From: a virus
Taxonomy: Duplodnaviria; Heunggongvirae; Uroviricota; Caudoviricetes
Strand: one strand, 5' to 3'
Length of the DNA: 31,177 bases
IMG/VR virus record: IMGVR_UViG_2713896907_000007
Span: 1 to 31,177 of that record
The position numbers and the translations under genes were made by a program. Positions 1 to 8,678 of the stretch are shown here, one piece after another. Numbering within the stretch: the first letter of the stretch is position 1; each line of letters starts with the position of its first letter. The notes beneath the pieces were generated by a model. The model saw only the letters and a list, made by a program, of their open reading frames with translations. It was not told the origin of the DNA and searched no databases.

Positions 1-219
1 TTACATCCACATAATTTGCTGCCCTGACGGCAACGGGTGCGGCCTCACGGCGTGGACTTCTCCCGGCTTCACGATGTATCGCTGTACCGACTCATAAGTG
101 ATGAACGTGGCGCTGCAATTCACATTCTGGCACTGGTGATAACGCTCTTTTGTCGTGTCAGTGATATAGCGACTTGTACGCGCATGTGCGGCATGCTGGC
201 ATAAAGGACAATGAAACAT
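1..219 (-). CDS. ogr: Ogr late-gene transcription activator (zinc-finger, 72 aa)
   Basis: ORF 1..282 continues upstream, but the internal Met gives a 72-aa product MFHCPLCQHAAHARTSRYITDTT...QQIMWM with a CxxC...CxxxxC zinc-finger pattern matching P2 Ogr as I recall it. SD AAGAGGTG lies just upstream of ATG at 219. Stop codon is bases 1..3. Confidence 0.9.
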   Translation of the reverse strand: MFHCPLCQHAAHARTSRYITDTTKERYHQCQNVNCSATFITYESVQRYIVKPGEVHAVRPHPLPSGQQIMWM

Positions 220-300
220 CGCGAGCACCTCTTCCGGTTTTGTTGATGGTGCCATTTTATTTAATTTATCCTTATAAAACAAACAGATAAAATAAAAACA
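220..300 (-). promoter_or_regulatory. AT-rich D-ogr intergenic region, presumed ogr promoter
   Basis: 81-bp AT-rich non-coding gap between D stop and ogr start; ogr is independently transcribed in P2. No -35/-10 assigned. Confidence 0.3.
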
Positions 301-1464
301 TCACTCATCATCTTCTGTTTCGTACTCCACATCAGAAAGCCTGACCTCAAGCTCTAAGGACGTCGTGAAGCCGCTATTATTCAGAAAATGTGTCACCTTA
401 GTGATTGTCCAGTCCTGCTCGTCTATGACGCGCTTAAAGCCTGCCACTTTGACCGGCGTTTCCGTGTAAATATCTGCCCGACCGGTAGCCAGGCTGATGG
501 AGAACTCCGCAACGCCCCGTTGCAGTTTATCCCACTTCGCCTGAGCGGCGCGCATGGCCTGCGCTTTCGTGGCATATACCGTGGTCAGGGCAAAAACGTT
601 GTCAGCCTCACCGGCCATGTATTCACCTTCGCGTGCTTCCGGTACTTTTGGCGCTTTCTTCTGCCTGACCGGTTTCGCTTTCGGGTGCTCCAGTGCGCGC
701 AGGTGTTTTTCTTTCTTTTTGCGTTTCAGTTTTACCTTCTGCTTTTGCGGCTTCGGGTCTTTGGTGTGTAACCACTTTGCTGTTACGCCGGTATAGGCTC
801 CACGGTCAGCAATCGCAAAATGATGGCGGTCGCCGTCACTGCGGGTGATGGTAATCTGCGGGATTTTTTTACCGCTGGCCGTCACCCCCTGCCCCGCTTT
901 GAGAAACAACAGTTTTCCCATTTTTACCGACACCTCACCGCCGTTGCGTTCAGCAAGGCGGGTCAGGAATTTCGCATCAGACTCCTGCGACTGGTCGATG
1001 TGCGGAATTTTAATTCCGGCCAGTGACGGAGCGACACTGGCTTCCAGCCTGTTACGGGAGGCTATCGCCTCAACAATCGCACCGAGCGTGGTGTCATGCC
1101 AGGAGCCTTCACGGCGGGAATTGAGCGTCCCGCGAAAATCTGCACTCCGGGCACGGATGGTGACCACATCCGGCGCGCCCCGGTGTTCTACCTCATCAAC
1201 GGTGAATTTCCCTTTGCATACCAAGGCAAAACCTTTCCAGCCGATATACACAGTCAGGACAGCGCCACGAACCGGCAGCCCGACCTGCCCGTCGGCATCG
1301 TTCAGTTCAATATAAAGCTGGTCAGCCTCAAAACCCCGGTTATCCGTCAGGGTCATACTCATCAGACGGTCGCTGATATTGCCGGTAATATCCCTGCTGT
1401 CGAGCATCAGCATGTAATCCGGCGTCAGCGTACTGCCTGCATCAAATGTCAGTGCATCCAGCAT
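301..1464 (-). CDS. D: Tail protein D (387 aa)
   Basis: 387-aa ORF, same length and position (between U and ogr) as P2 gpD; start overlaps U stop. Confidence 0.92.
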   Translation of the reverse strand: MLDALTFDAGSTLTPDYMLMLDSRDITGNISDRLMSMTLTDNRGFEADQLYIELNDADGQVGLPVRGAVLTVYIGWKGFALVCKGKFTVDEVEHRGAPDVVTIRARSADFRGTLNSRREGSWHDTTLGAIVEAIASRNRLEASVAPSLAGIKIPHIDQSQESDAKFLTRLAERNGGEVSVKMGKLLFLKAGQGVTASGKKIPQITITRSDGDRHHFAIADRGAYTGVTAKWLHTKDPKPQKQKVKLKRKKKEKHLRALEHPKAKPVRQKKAPKVPEAREGEYMAGEADNVFALTTVYATKAQAMRAAQAKWDKLQRGVAEFSISLATGRADIYTETPVKVAGFKRVIDEQDWTITKVTHFLNNSGFTTSLELEVRLSDVEYETEDDE

Positions 1465-1943
1465 TATCCCGCCCCCGTCATACCCGTGAATTTAGTCGCC
1501 ATACTGCCAGCCTTACCGATGAGCGATTCCGCCTGTTTACCGATATCGCCATAAAGCGCGGCCAGTGATTCATCAACGCGGGTGAGCGACAGCGTAAAAT
1601 CAATTTTCCGGGGTGTGCCGTCTGCAAAGAAAATACTCCCTGTTTCACTCACCCTGCTGATGACATACATGCCGTAAATCATGCCGGTGCCATCCAGCAA
1701 CGGCCACGCCCGGCCTTCCTCTGCCATCAGTCTGAGCGTGGTCATCGTCAGCTTTCCGCCGGTCAGTTCAGGATAAAGCACACCGGCAAGCGTGATGTTT
1801 TCCTCACCCACACCGAGAAACTGAAAGGCATCCCGTTTGCCGATACGGGAATTTGACGGCCAGCGATAATCTGATTCACGCTGCATGGTCTGGTGTGGCA
1901 GCGTCTGGCGCATAAAAACAAACATACCTAACGCGAGCATCAT
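1464..1943 (-). CDS. U: Tail protein U (159 aa)
   Basis: 159-aa ORF immediately downstream of T; size and synteny match P2 gpU. Confidence 0.9.
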   Translation of the reverse strand: MMLALGMFVFMRQTLPHQTMQRESDYRWPSNSRIGKRDAFQFLGVGEENITLAGVLYPELTGGKLTMTTLRLMAEEGRAWPLLDGTGMIYGMYVISRVSETGSIFFADGTPRKIDFTLSLTRVDESLAALYGDIGKQAESLIGKAGSMATKFTGMTGAG

Positions 1944-1957
1944 TTTTCGTCACCTCC

Positions 1958-4396
1958 TTAACCGTCATGCATCATGCTGGCACGGGCGCGCGCACGTTTA
2001 TCCCGCTCGTATTTTTCGAGCGCATCCTGTAACTGGCGGTCAAGCTGTGTCCCCGGCGCAGTACCACCCGTAAGGCTGATGTGATATTCGTTTTTACTCT
2101 GGTCCACATAAGAGCGACCAGCCGGTGCCGTGACCGGCTGATAAGCCTGATAGCCTGCATAAGAGCTGGTCGCCGGAATATAACCACTGCTGCCATACGT
2201 GGCGGCTTGAGTTCTGGCGGCGGTCTGGTCAAGTGTGTCTGACTCTTTGTTGATAACACCGAGTTTTTCCAGTACCCAGTCAATACCACTGCGCAGTTTG
2301 TTGAACGCATTAAGCGGCAGCATCAGCGCGTCAGCCAGTGCCTGCCCGAACATGACGCCCGTGTCACGGCAACGGTTCAGGGTGTCCTGGGTGGCTTTAA
2401 CCGGGGCAGTCAGGTTTTTAAACCACTGCCACGCGGCCTGTAACTTTTCGCCCAGCCAGTCAAACACCGGCTTCAGTGGCGTGAACAGCTCCCCCACCGG
2501 CGCAAATGCCGCTTTCAGCCCTTCAACCACACCGCCAAAGAATGCGCTGACAGGCTCCCAGTATTTACGGATAAGCAACGCTCCGGCGACAATGGCGGCC
2601 ACCACGGCCACAACCGGCCAGCTAATCGCCCCGATGGCCGTCATAACGGCACTGCCAACCGTCGTGAAGATTGCGCCTGCTGCCGCTATGATGGCATTGA
2701 TGCCGGTGATAACCGGCCAGGCTACAAGACCAATGGCACCGATGATGCCAGTAAGCGCCAGTGCGCCACCGGCAATGATGCCGATGGTTGACGCCAGTGA
2801 TTTGTTTTTCTGTATCCAGCCGTCGAGTTTTAACACATACTTTGTGGCCGTCTGCGTGAGCTTACGCAGCGCGCCTTCCTGCTGGTCAAACAGGTCAGTC
2901 CCCACCGCCTCATAAGCGGACTGAAACTCCTTAAAGTCACCGCCGAGGTTGTCCTGCATGATATTTACCAGCTCGGCGGTCTTCCCGTCTGAGGCTTTAA
3001 ACGCAGCGGTCAGTTTGTCCAGCTTTGCGGTTGAGGCGGCAGTCATCAGCACGGCGGCGGCTGAGCTGGCCTCCTCCCCGAAAATGGTTTTCATGTATTC
3101 AGCCTGCTGGGCAGTACCGAGCCGGTTTTTCTCAAAACTGGCCTGCATTTCTTTCAGAATGGTAAATACTGGTCGGGTATTCCCCTTACTGTCTGAGGTT
3201 TTCACGCCAAGCTCTTTGAGTGCATCCCATGCTTTTCCCGTCGGTGCCTGCAGGCGACTTAACACGGCACGGCTTCCCGTCCCCGCCATTGAGCCTGTGA
3301 TTTTTGCATCATGCAGCGCCCCGACCATTGCGGCGGTTTCTTCAATGCTGACACCGGCATTTTTTGCCACTGGTGCGGCATAGGTCAGCGCATCGCTCAT
3401 GCCGTCAAAATCGGCGGCGGTTTTGTTCATCGTCATGGAGAGAACATCCCCGATATGAGCGACCTTATCGTTTGAAAGCTGAAAGGCGGATTTCATCCCC
3501 ATCAGCAGGGCGGCGTTTTCTTCCATCGTGCGGCGGTTCGCCAGCGCCATGTTCAGCGTGACCGGCGTTGCCGCCTGAATGGCATCAACATCCCCACCGG
3601 CTTTCGCAATGATAATCTGTGCACCGGCCGCATCATCCGCCGAGGCGGCGGTATTGTCGCCGAGCTGGCGCGCCTGTTTGCGTAGTGCGGCCATTTCGGT
3701 GGAGTCTTTTGCCACTCCGAGCACAGCCTGTAATTCTGAGTTTTTCTGCGCAAACTCATAACCGGGCATCAGCAGCTTAACTCCGGCCATCGTTCCCGCA
3801 GCAGCAATCCCCACACCGGCAGCGCCCACTGAGGCCATATTTCCGGCCAGCTCCTTTCCGGCCTGATAACGCTGTTTTACTGCGTTAAGTTTTGCCTGTT
3901 GTGCACTGACACGCGCCAGCGCGTCACGCTGACGGTTAAGCTGTGCGGTGGTTTCACTGATACGGTTTTTCAGTCCCTGCTCATCATGTGCAAGATTGCG
4001 GGTATTAATTCCCACAGCGGCCAGTTCCCGCTGCTGGCGTTTAACGGAATCCGTCAGGCGGTTATATTTCGCCTGTAAGTCCTCCGCCGCTCGCTTTGCT
4101 GATTCCAGCACTTTCACCTGAGCACGTGTCGGACGTTCGGTGTTTTTAAACTGTGTGGCAAGGGCTTCGGCCTCCTGCCGTGCCTTTTCAAGTGCATGAC
4201 CAGTCACGGCGAGCTGTGCACTGGTCTTGCGAAATCCCTCAATACGGGATGCCTGACCGTTCAGCTCGCGCAGTGATTTTTGTGTTTCCCGGATATCTCC
4301 CGACAGCGATTTGCTCGCTGTACGGATGGATTTAAACGGGCGGGATGCCTGGTCAACAGCCCTGAGCAATACCTGTAATTTTACATTGTTACTCAT
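1958..4396 (-). CDS. T: Tail tape measure protein (812 aa)
   Basis: 812-aa ORF with coiled-coil N-terminal part and Ala/Gly-rich hydrophobic central segment, downstream of E/E'; P2 gpT is about 815 aa. Confidence 0.92.
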   Translation of the reverse strand: MSNNVKLQVLLRAVDQASRPFKSIRTASKSLSGDIRETQKSLRELNGQASRIEGFRKTSAQLAVTGHALEKARQEAEALATQFKNTERPTRAQVKVLESAKRAAEDLQAKYNRLTDSVKRQQRELAAVGINTRNLAHDEQGLKNRISETTAQLNRQRDALARVSAQQAKLNAVKQRYQAGKELAGNMASVGAAGVGIAAAGTMAGVKLLMPGYEFAQKNSELQAVLGVAKDSTEMAALRKQARQLGDNTAASADDAAGAQIIIAKAGGDVDAIQAATPVTLNMALANRRTMEENAALLMGMKSAFQLSNDKVAHIGDVLSMTMNKTAADFDGMSDALTYAAPVAKNAGVSIEETAAMVGALHDAKITGSMAGTGSRAVLSRLQAPTGKAWDALKELGVKTSDSKGNTRPVFTILKEMQASFEKNRLGTAQQAEYMKTIFGEEASSAAAVLMTAASTAKLDKLTAAFKASDGKTAELVNIMQDNLGGDFKEFQSAYEAVGTDLFDQQEGALRKLTQTATKYVLKLDGWIQKNKSLASTIGIIAGGALALTGIIGAIGLVAWPVITGINAIIAAAGAIFTTVGSAVMTAIGAISWPVVAVVAAIVAGALLIRKYWEPVSAFFGGVVEGLKAAFAPVGELFTPLKPVFDWLGEKLQAAWQWFKNLTAPVKATQDTLNRCRDTGVMFGQALADALMLPLNAFNKLRSGIDWVLEKLGVINKESDTLDQTAARTQAATYGSSGYIPATSSYAGYQAYQPVTAPAGRSYVDQSKNEYHISLTGGTAPGTQLDRQLQDALEKYERDKRARARASMMHDG

Positions 4397-4816
4397 TCGT
4401 GTTTCCGCTTCGCCGGAGCGCCTTTTCGCGCCATGTGATGAGTTCGGTCAGGCTCATGGGATACAGTTCTGATGGCGGCCAGTGAAATATCACTGCCACA
4501 TCCGCCATCAGGTCATCGACCGAGAGATTTTTCGGGAACGTCACTGCACCGAGTTCGGCGACAAAAAACCGACCACCTTACCGGCCAGCGCCACAAGGTC
4601 AGGCAGTTCCAGCGCGGCGACTTCCTGCTCGGTCAGCATCGGTGCCGTCATGCGCGGCAGCACTTTAATCAGTGCATCGACTTCGGAGTTTGCAACCGCA
4701 GCCAGACTGACACCGCGCAGCGTCCCGGCACTGGGTTTCATCAGCGTGACCTGTTCGATAACCTGCTCACCACGTTTGACCGGATTGTCCAGGGTAATGA
4801 CATTTTCTTTGTTCAT
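4389..4816 (-). CDS. E': E+E' fusion made by programmed -1 ribosomal frameshift at TTTTTTG (4562..4568)
   Basis: Hand translation of the -1 frame after the T TTT TTG heptamer gives VAELGAVTFPKNLSVDDLMADVAVIFHWPPSELYPMSLTELITWREKALRRSGNTNE and a TAA at 4391..4389, 5 nt inside the T start codon (4396). Total about 142 aa, matching P2 E+E'. Confidence 0.8.
4541..4816 (-). CDS. E: Tail assembly chaperone E (91 aa, zero-frame product)
   Basis: 91-aa ORF ending ...KVVGFLSPNSVQ; contains the slippery heptamer TTTTTTG near its 3' end; located between FII and T as in P2. Confidence 0.9.
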   Translation of the reverse strand: MNKENVITLDNPVKRGEQVIEQVTLMKPSAGTLRGVSLAAVANSEVDALIKVLPRMTAPMLTEQEVAALELPDLVALAGKVVGFLSPNSVQ

Positions 4817-4872
4817 GGTTTTCTCACTTCTGAATCGGGGTTAACCGGTCAGCCAGGCTGACCGGATGAAAA

Positions 4873-5391
4873 TCACAGGCCGATATTGCGGCGGTGTTGC
4901 TCCAGCCGGTCGACGCCGTTCACCTTCTCAATCATGTTGATGGTGTCGATTTCGACCAGCTCCTTACCGTCCATCGTCAGCCGGAAATAGGTGCAGACCA
5001 CGGAGATTTTCGACTCGGTGTCTTCTCCCTGTTTACCCTCGCCAGTGTCGATTTCTTTCTGACGTCCACGCATGACCACCTCGACGGCCACCGTTTCGCC
5101 GGTATCGTCGCGCTGGTAAGAGCCTGCAAAACGAATCGGTACGGCATCCACACCGGTTGCGGCGTAAAGCTCCCAGATAACCGAATCCGGGAAGCCCCCG
5201 AGCGACCACTCCATTGACAGCGCATCGTCATCAAGGCCGAGGTCTACCGGTGCGCTGCCGTTCATCCCCGCACCGCGATAGTTTTCGAGCTTACGGGTCA
5301 GTTTTGGCAGCGTGACGGACTTTGCAACGCCCTGATAGCTGTAGCCGTTCAGAAAGACGTTCATTAACTTGAGTTTGCGCGGCATTGCCAT
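4873..5391 (-). CDS. FII: Tail tube protein FII (172 aa)
   Basis: 172-aa ORF directly downstream of FI; length and position match P2 gpFII. Confidence 0.92.
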   Translation of the reverse strand: MAMPRKLKLMNVFLNGYSYQGVAKSVTLPKLTRKLENYRGAGMNGSAPVDLGLDDDALSMEWSLGGFPDSVIWELYAATGVDAVPIRFAGSYQRDDTGETVAVEVVMRGRQKEIDTGEGKQGEDTESKISVVCTYFRLTMDGKELVEIDTINMIEKVNGVDRLEQHRRNIGL

Positions 5392-5403
5392 CGGTCAGGC
5401 TCC

Positions 5404-6594
5404 TTAATTGCTGTTAACCGAGGTAACCAGACTTGCCAGGTATCTGGAAGTAATACGCTGGCGCAGGGTCAGGTTTTCGAGAGGAGGCACCGGGGTATAG
5501 TCGTAGTCGATATACAGTTTTCCGGCCTTGAGGGTTTCCGCATCATTGGCTTCTTCACTGAACCAGCATGTGCCATCCACGATATAACCGTTGTTTTTCA
5601 GTTCGCGGAATTTGGCATTAATGCCATCAATGATGTCACGAATCAGCGTTGCGGTAATTGGCTTATCAATAGCCCACATGTGCGCCTCGGCCATCGTGTC
5701 GGCCAGTACCTGCGCGGTGCGGGTGTAGCTTTCAAAGAGGAACAGCGGGTCATCAGAGCAGGTACGGTTACCCCAGAAGCGGAAGCCGTCGCGGCGAATC
5801 AGCGTAGTGATGCCTGACTCATTAAGCAGGTCAGCATCAGTGCCGGACTTCTGCAAATCCCAGAATACAGAGGCGCTGATGCCGGTAACACCGTTCACCC
5901 CGACATTGGACAACGTTTTATGCCAGCCCTGCTCCTGGTCGATTTTGGCACGCAGCCCCAGCGCACGGGCGGTGGCATACGCGGTGGCAGTGGTACTGGT
6001 AACCGTATCCCATGCGAGGAAATCCGGCCAGATGACCATCAGCTCACGCTGGCTGAAATTCTGACGGTAGGCTTTTGCCTCGGAAATGGTTTTACAGCCC
6101 CATGCGCTGATATACCCGAATGCATTCAGTTCCTGGCATACCGATGCCAGTGCGACGGCAACCTCTTTGGTGTCCAGTCCCGGTACGCCGAGAATGCGTG
6201 GTTTAACGCCGGTAACCGACTCCGCCCCCATCAGGGCTTTCAGCCCGGTGTACTGACCGTTTTCGTCGGTGGTGCCGATAATATTGGAAACGGTCTGCGC
6301 GAGTTTCGTTTCTTCGTCGTCGCCGGTGCCGTCTTCCACGCGTACGACAACGGTGACCGGTTTTGACTGGTCAGCGATGGCCTGCAACGACGCCGCCAGC
6401 GTACCTTTTTTACCGGCCTTTGCAATTGCGCTCTGCACATTGGTAATCAGCACCGGTTTATTGAGGGGGAATGTTTCCGCATCCGCATCGCTGGCCGTGC
6501 AGACCATGCCGACAATGGCCGTGGATACGGTGGAAATGACGCGGGTGCCGTCGTTAATCTCCAGCACCTGCACGCCGTGATGATAGTCACTCAT
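5404..6594 (-). CDS. FI: Contractile tail sheath protein FI (396 aa)
   Basis: 396-aa ORF; length and synteny match P2 gpFI. Confidence 0.92.
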   Translation of the reverse strand: MSDYHHGVQVLEINDGTRVISTVSTAIVGMVCTASDADAETFPLNKPVLITNVQSAIAKAGKKGTLAASLQAIADQSKPVTVVVRVEDGTGDDEETKLAQTVSNIIGTTDENGQYTGLKALMGAESVTGVKPRILGVPGLDTKEVAVALASVCQELNAFGYISAWGCKTISEAKAYRQNFSQRELMVIWPDFLAWDTVTSTTATAYATARALGLRAKIDQEQGWHKTLSNVGVNGVTGISASVFWDLQKSGTDADLLNESGITTLIRRDGFRFWGNRTCSDDPLFLFESYTRTAQVLADTMAEAHMWAIDKPITATLIRDIIDGINAKFRELKNNGYIVDGTCWFSEEANDAETLKAGKLYIDYDYTPVPPLENLTLRQRITSRYLASLVTSVNSN

Positions 6595-6893
6595 CCGTTT
6601 AACTCCGTGGTTAATGGGTGCAACTATTTTCTGTTGTGCAGAGCATGAGACGCTATTTGACCTGACTGGTCAGTGGATGAAACAACAGATAAAGAAAAGG
6701 CGGACAATTCGCCCGCTATCCTGATTTGTACTCACTCATTTTCCAACTGACAGTTTACATAGCCCAAACGCTATCAAATCTGACAGCCTGCTTTGAGCGA
6801 ACAGCAGACATTCATTAATATGTTTGTTAGGCTAACTTTATATGATGATTACTGAAATTGACCTTAGTTTGAGAATTGCATTAGGGGAATAAA

Positions 6894-8000
6894 ATGGATG
6901 TCAATGAACTTAGAGAGTTGCTTATCAAGTATAATGACCTTCAAAATACTGATGAAGTCTATACGTTTTATTATGATGAAACGAATAACATTCGAAAACT
7001 ATATTTAAAAGATTCTGGCTTTAATGTTGTAAAGGCGGATAACTTCATCCTTGCAGGAATACTACACAAAGGGTTAAGCACTGACAGCGATTATTCAACC
7101 CTGTTTCAAAAGCTTAATCTTCAAAAAAGTGTCAATGAGTTAAAACTCAGATATATCGCTAAGGGTGGTTTTTTGGATATGCTTAAATCCGATAAGCTTT
7201 TAATTATTCTAAACTGGCTTATCGAAAACAATTTCTACATCCATTATTTTAATCTTAATATCACATACTGGTCTATTATTGACATTGTTGATTCTATTAT
7301 TGGAGAGCTACATAATCCTTTTTATATCATGAACCACATGTCACTTAAGAGCGATTTTTATGAGCTTACCAATAGCAATCCCGATGTTTTCCTGAATGCT
7401 CTACATAAATTTAACTACCCCGATATTCCAGAAGAAAAAATTTATGAGTTTTGCCTCTGGCTTATCGATTTTACATGCATGCACAGTTGTATGCTGCCAG
7501 ATTTTCGAGCACACGCACTCGAAAATTTGGTTAAAGAATCTCTAAAAATCGAAGAACTACCGTTCATATCGGGATTTCATGGTCGAAAACTGATCGATAG
7601 CTTTATGGTATTTTATTTAAGAAACTTGTATCTATTTAAAAATTCCGTTCACATATTTGATGAAGAAAAAAGCATTCAAGATGAAGTTAAAAACTTCCCG
7701 TTAACTGAAAATGGCATACCAATACAGAATCATGAATTCGTTAAATCCCACAACTCAGAGGCTATCCAACTATCTGATGTTATCGCAGGCTTTTTGGGTA
7801 AGTATTTTTCTTACTTAAAAGATGTAAATGACGAGCAATTAGCGATTGATAAGTCAGCCTTAACGAGCAAGCAATTTAAGACCCTTTCTGCGTTAAAACA
7901 CATTATTGATGTTTCTGATGATGTTAGCAGAGGATTTTTTAATGAAGTTAGCAGCGAGGGAGAGCGACGGAGAAATAATCGTTTTTTACATGGCGTATAA
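6894..8000 (+). CDS. Hypothetical 368-aa protein in AT-rich cargo island at the Z/fun position; candidate anti-phage or accessory gene
   Basis: Long ORF on the strand opposite to the flanking late genes, strongly AT-rich relative to the backbone, with SD GGGG about 6 nt before ATG. Sits exactly where P2 carries Z/fun. No Walker A, HNH or transmembrane signature seen; N-terminal YTFYYDETNN motif noted. Confidence 0.8.
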   Translation: MDVNELRELLIKYNDLQNTDEVYTFYYDETNNIRKLYLKDSGFNVVKADNFILAGILHKGLSTDSDYSTLFQKLNLQKSVNELKLRYIAKGGFLDMLKSDKLLIILNWLIENNFYIHYFNLNITYWSIIDIVDSIIGELHNPFYIMNHMSLKSDFYELTNSNPDVFLNALHKFNYPDIPEEKIYEFCLWLIDFTCMHSCMLPDFRAHALENLVKESLKIEELPFISGFHGRKLIDSFMVFYLRNLYLFKNSVHIFDEEKSIQDEVKNFPLTENGIPIQNHEFVKSHNSEAIQLSDVIAGFLGKYFSYLKDVNDEQLAIDKSALTSKQFKTLSALKHIIDVSDDVSRGFFNEVSSEGERRRNNRFLHGV

Positions 8001-8099
8001 TCGTAAGGGGTAAATTCTGCTTTTGGCACAGGGCGAACTGTCAGATTGGTTTTCACTCTGTGCCATAGATGTATAAACTCACATCAGAGCTAATACGAT

Positions 8100-8678
8100 T
8101 TATTGCGGCATTTCTGGCCATTCTATATCCGGAGTATTTTCCGACTGAACGCGATTCAGTAGCACACGGTATTTTTTCCAGTGTGTCAGGCTTAACCTTT
8201 CTTCCTCGGTAGCCATATCTAAATCGACAGCATCCTGCAGCGTGGCAATAATTTCACCTGCATATGCAATCAGCTCTTTCTTCTGAGAGTCAGCCGCTCT
8301 GACAAGCGCATCACGCTCTGCATTCTCATCATTCACCCACGCATTTCCGTTCCATTTCTGATAATCCCCATCCGGGGAAATGGCTGTCACGTCTGGAGGT
8401 AATGCGCCAAGTTCAGAAATATAAATGGCTGCTCCTGTTTTTGTTTCATAGACAGTCTTTCCACGATGGTCTTCCACCAGATCCCATTTCATTTCATCTG
8501 CATTGAAAACGGCGGCAAAACCCACCGGAATATCTGGAGGTGCAATGTCTGTACTGTTTGCTGGAAGACCTGTATGCGGCGGAATATATGCGTCACTTTC
8601 GCCAATAAATTCATTGGTTCCATCAAGTAAATTGAAAACGCGGATAGTTTGTGTCTCTGCACTCATTCTGAAAGTCAT
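8100..8678 (-). CDS. G: Tail fibre assembly chaperone G
   Basis: 192-aa ORF whose C-terminus (...[17 protein letters not shown]) resembles P2 gpG while the N-terminus diverges; ATG overlaps H stop (TAATG). Confidence 0.85.
   Translation of the reverse strand: MTFRMSAETQTIRVFNLLDGTNEFIGESDAYIPPHTGLPANSTDIAPPDIPVGFAAVFNADEMKWDLVEDHRGKTVYETKTGAAIYISELGALPPDVTAISPDGDYQKWNGNAWVNDENAERDALVRAADSQKKELIAYAGEIIATLQDAVDLDMATEEERLSLTHWKKYRVLLNRVQSENTPDIEWPEMPQ

Noticed and set aside
1-282. Extended 93-aa form of the ogr ORF
   Set aside because: The extra 21 N-terminal codons have no counterpart in P2 Ogr as I recall it, and the internal ATG at 219 has a good SD; the extension is treated as read-through ORF noise.
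6595-6720. Search for exact Ogr-binding dyad TGT-N12-ACA upstream of FI (also tried at V and in the O/P gap)
   Set aside because: Only near matches were found by eye (for example TGG-N12-ACA at about 6668..6685), so no specific late-promoter coordinates are reported.
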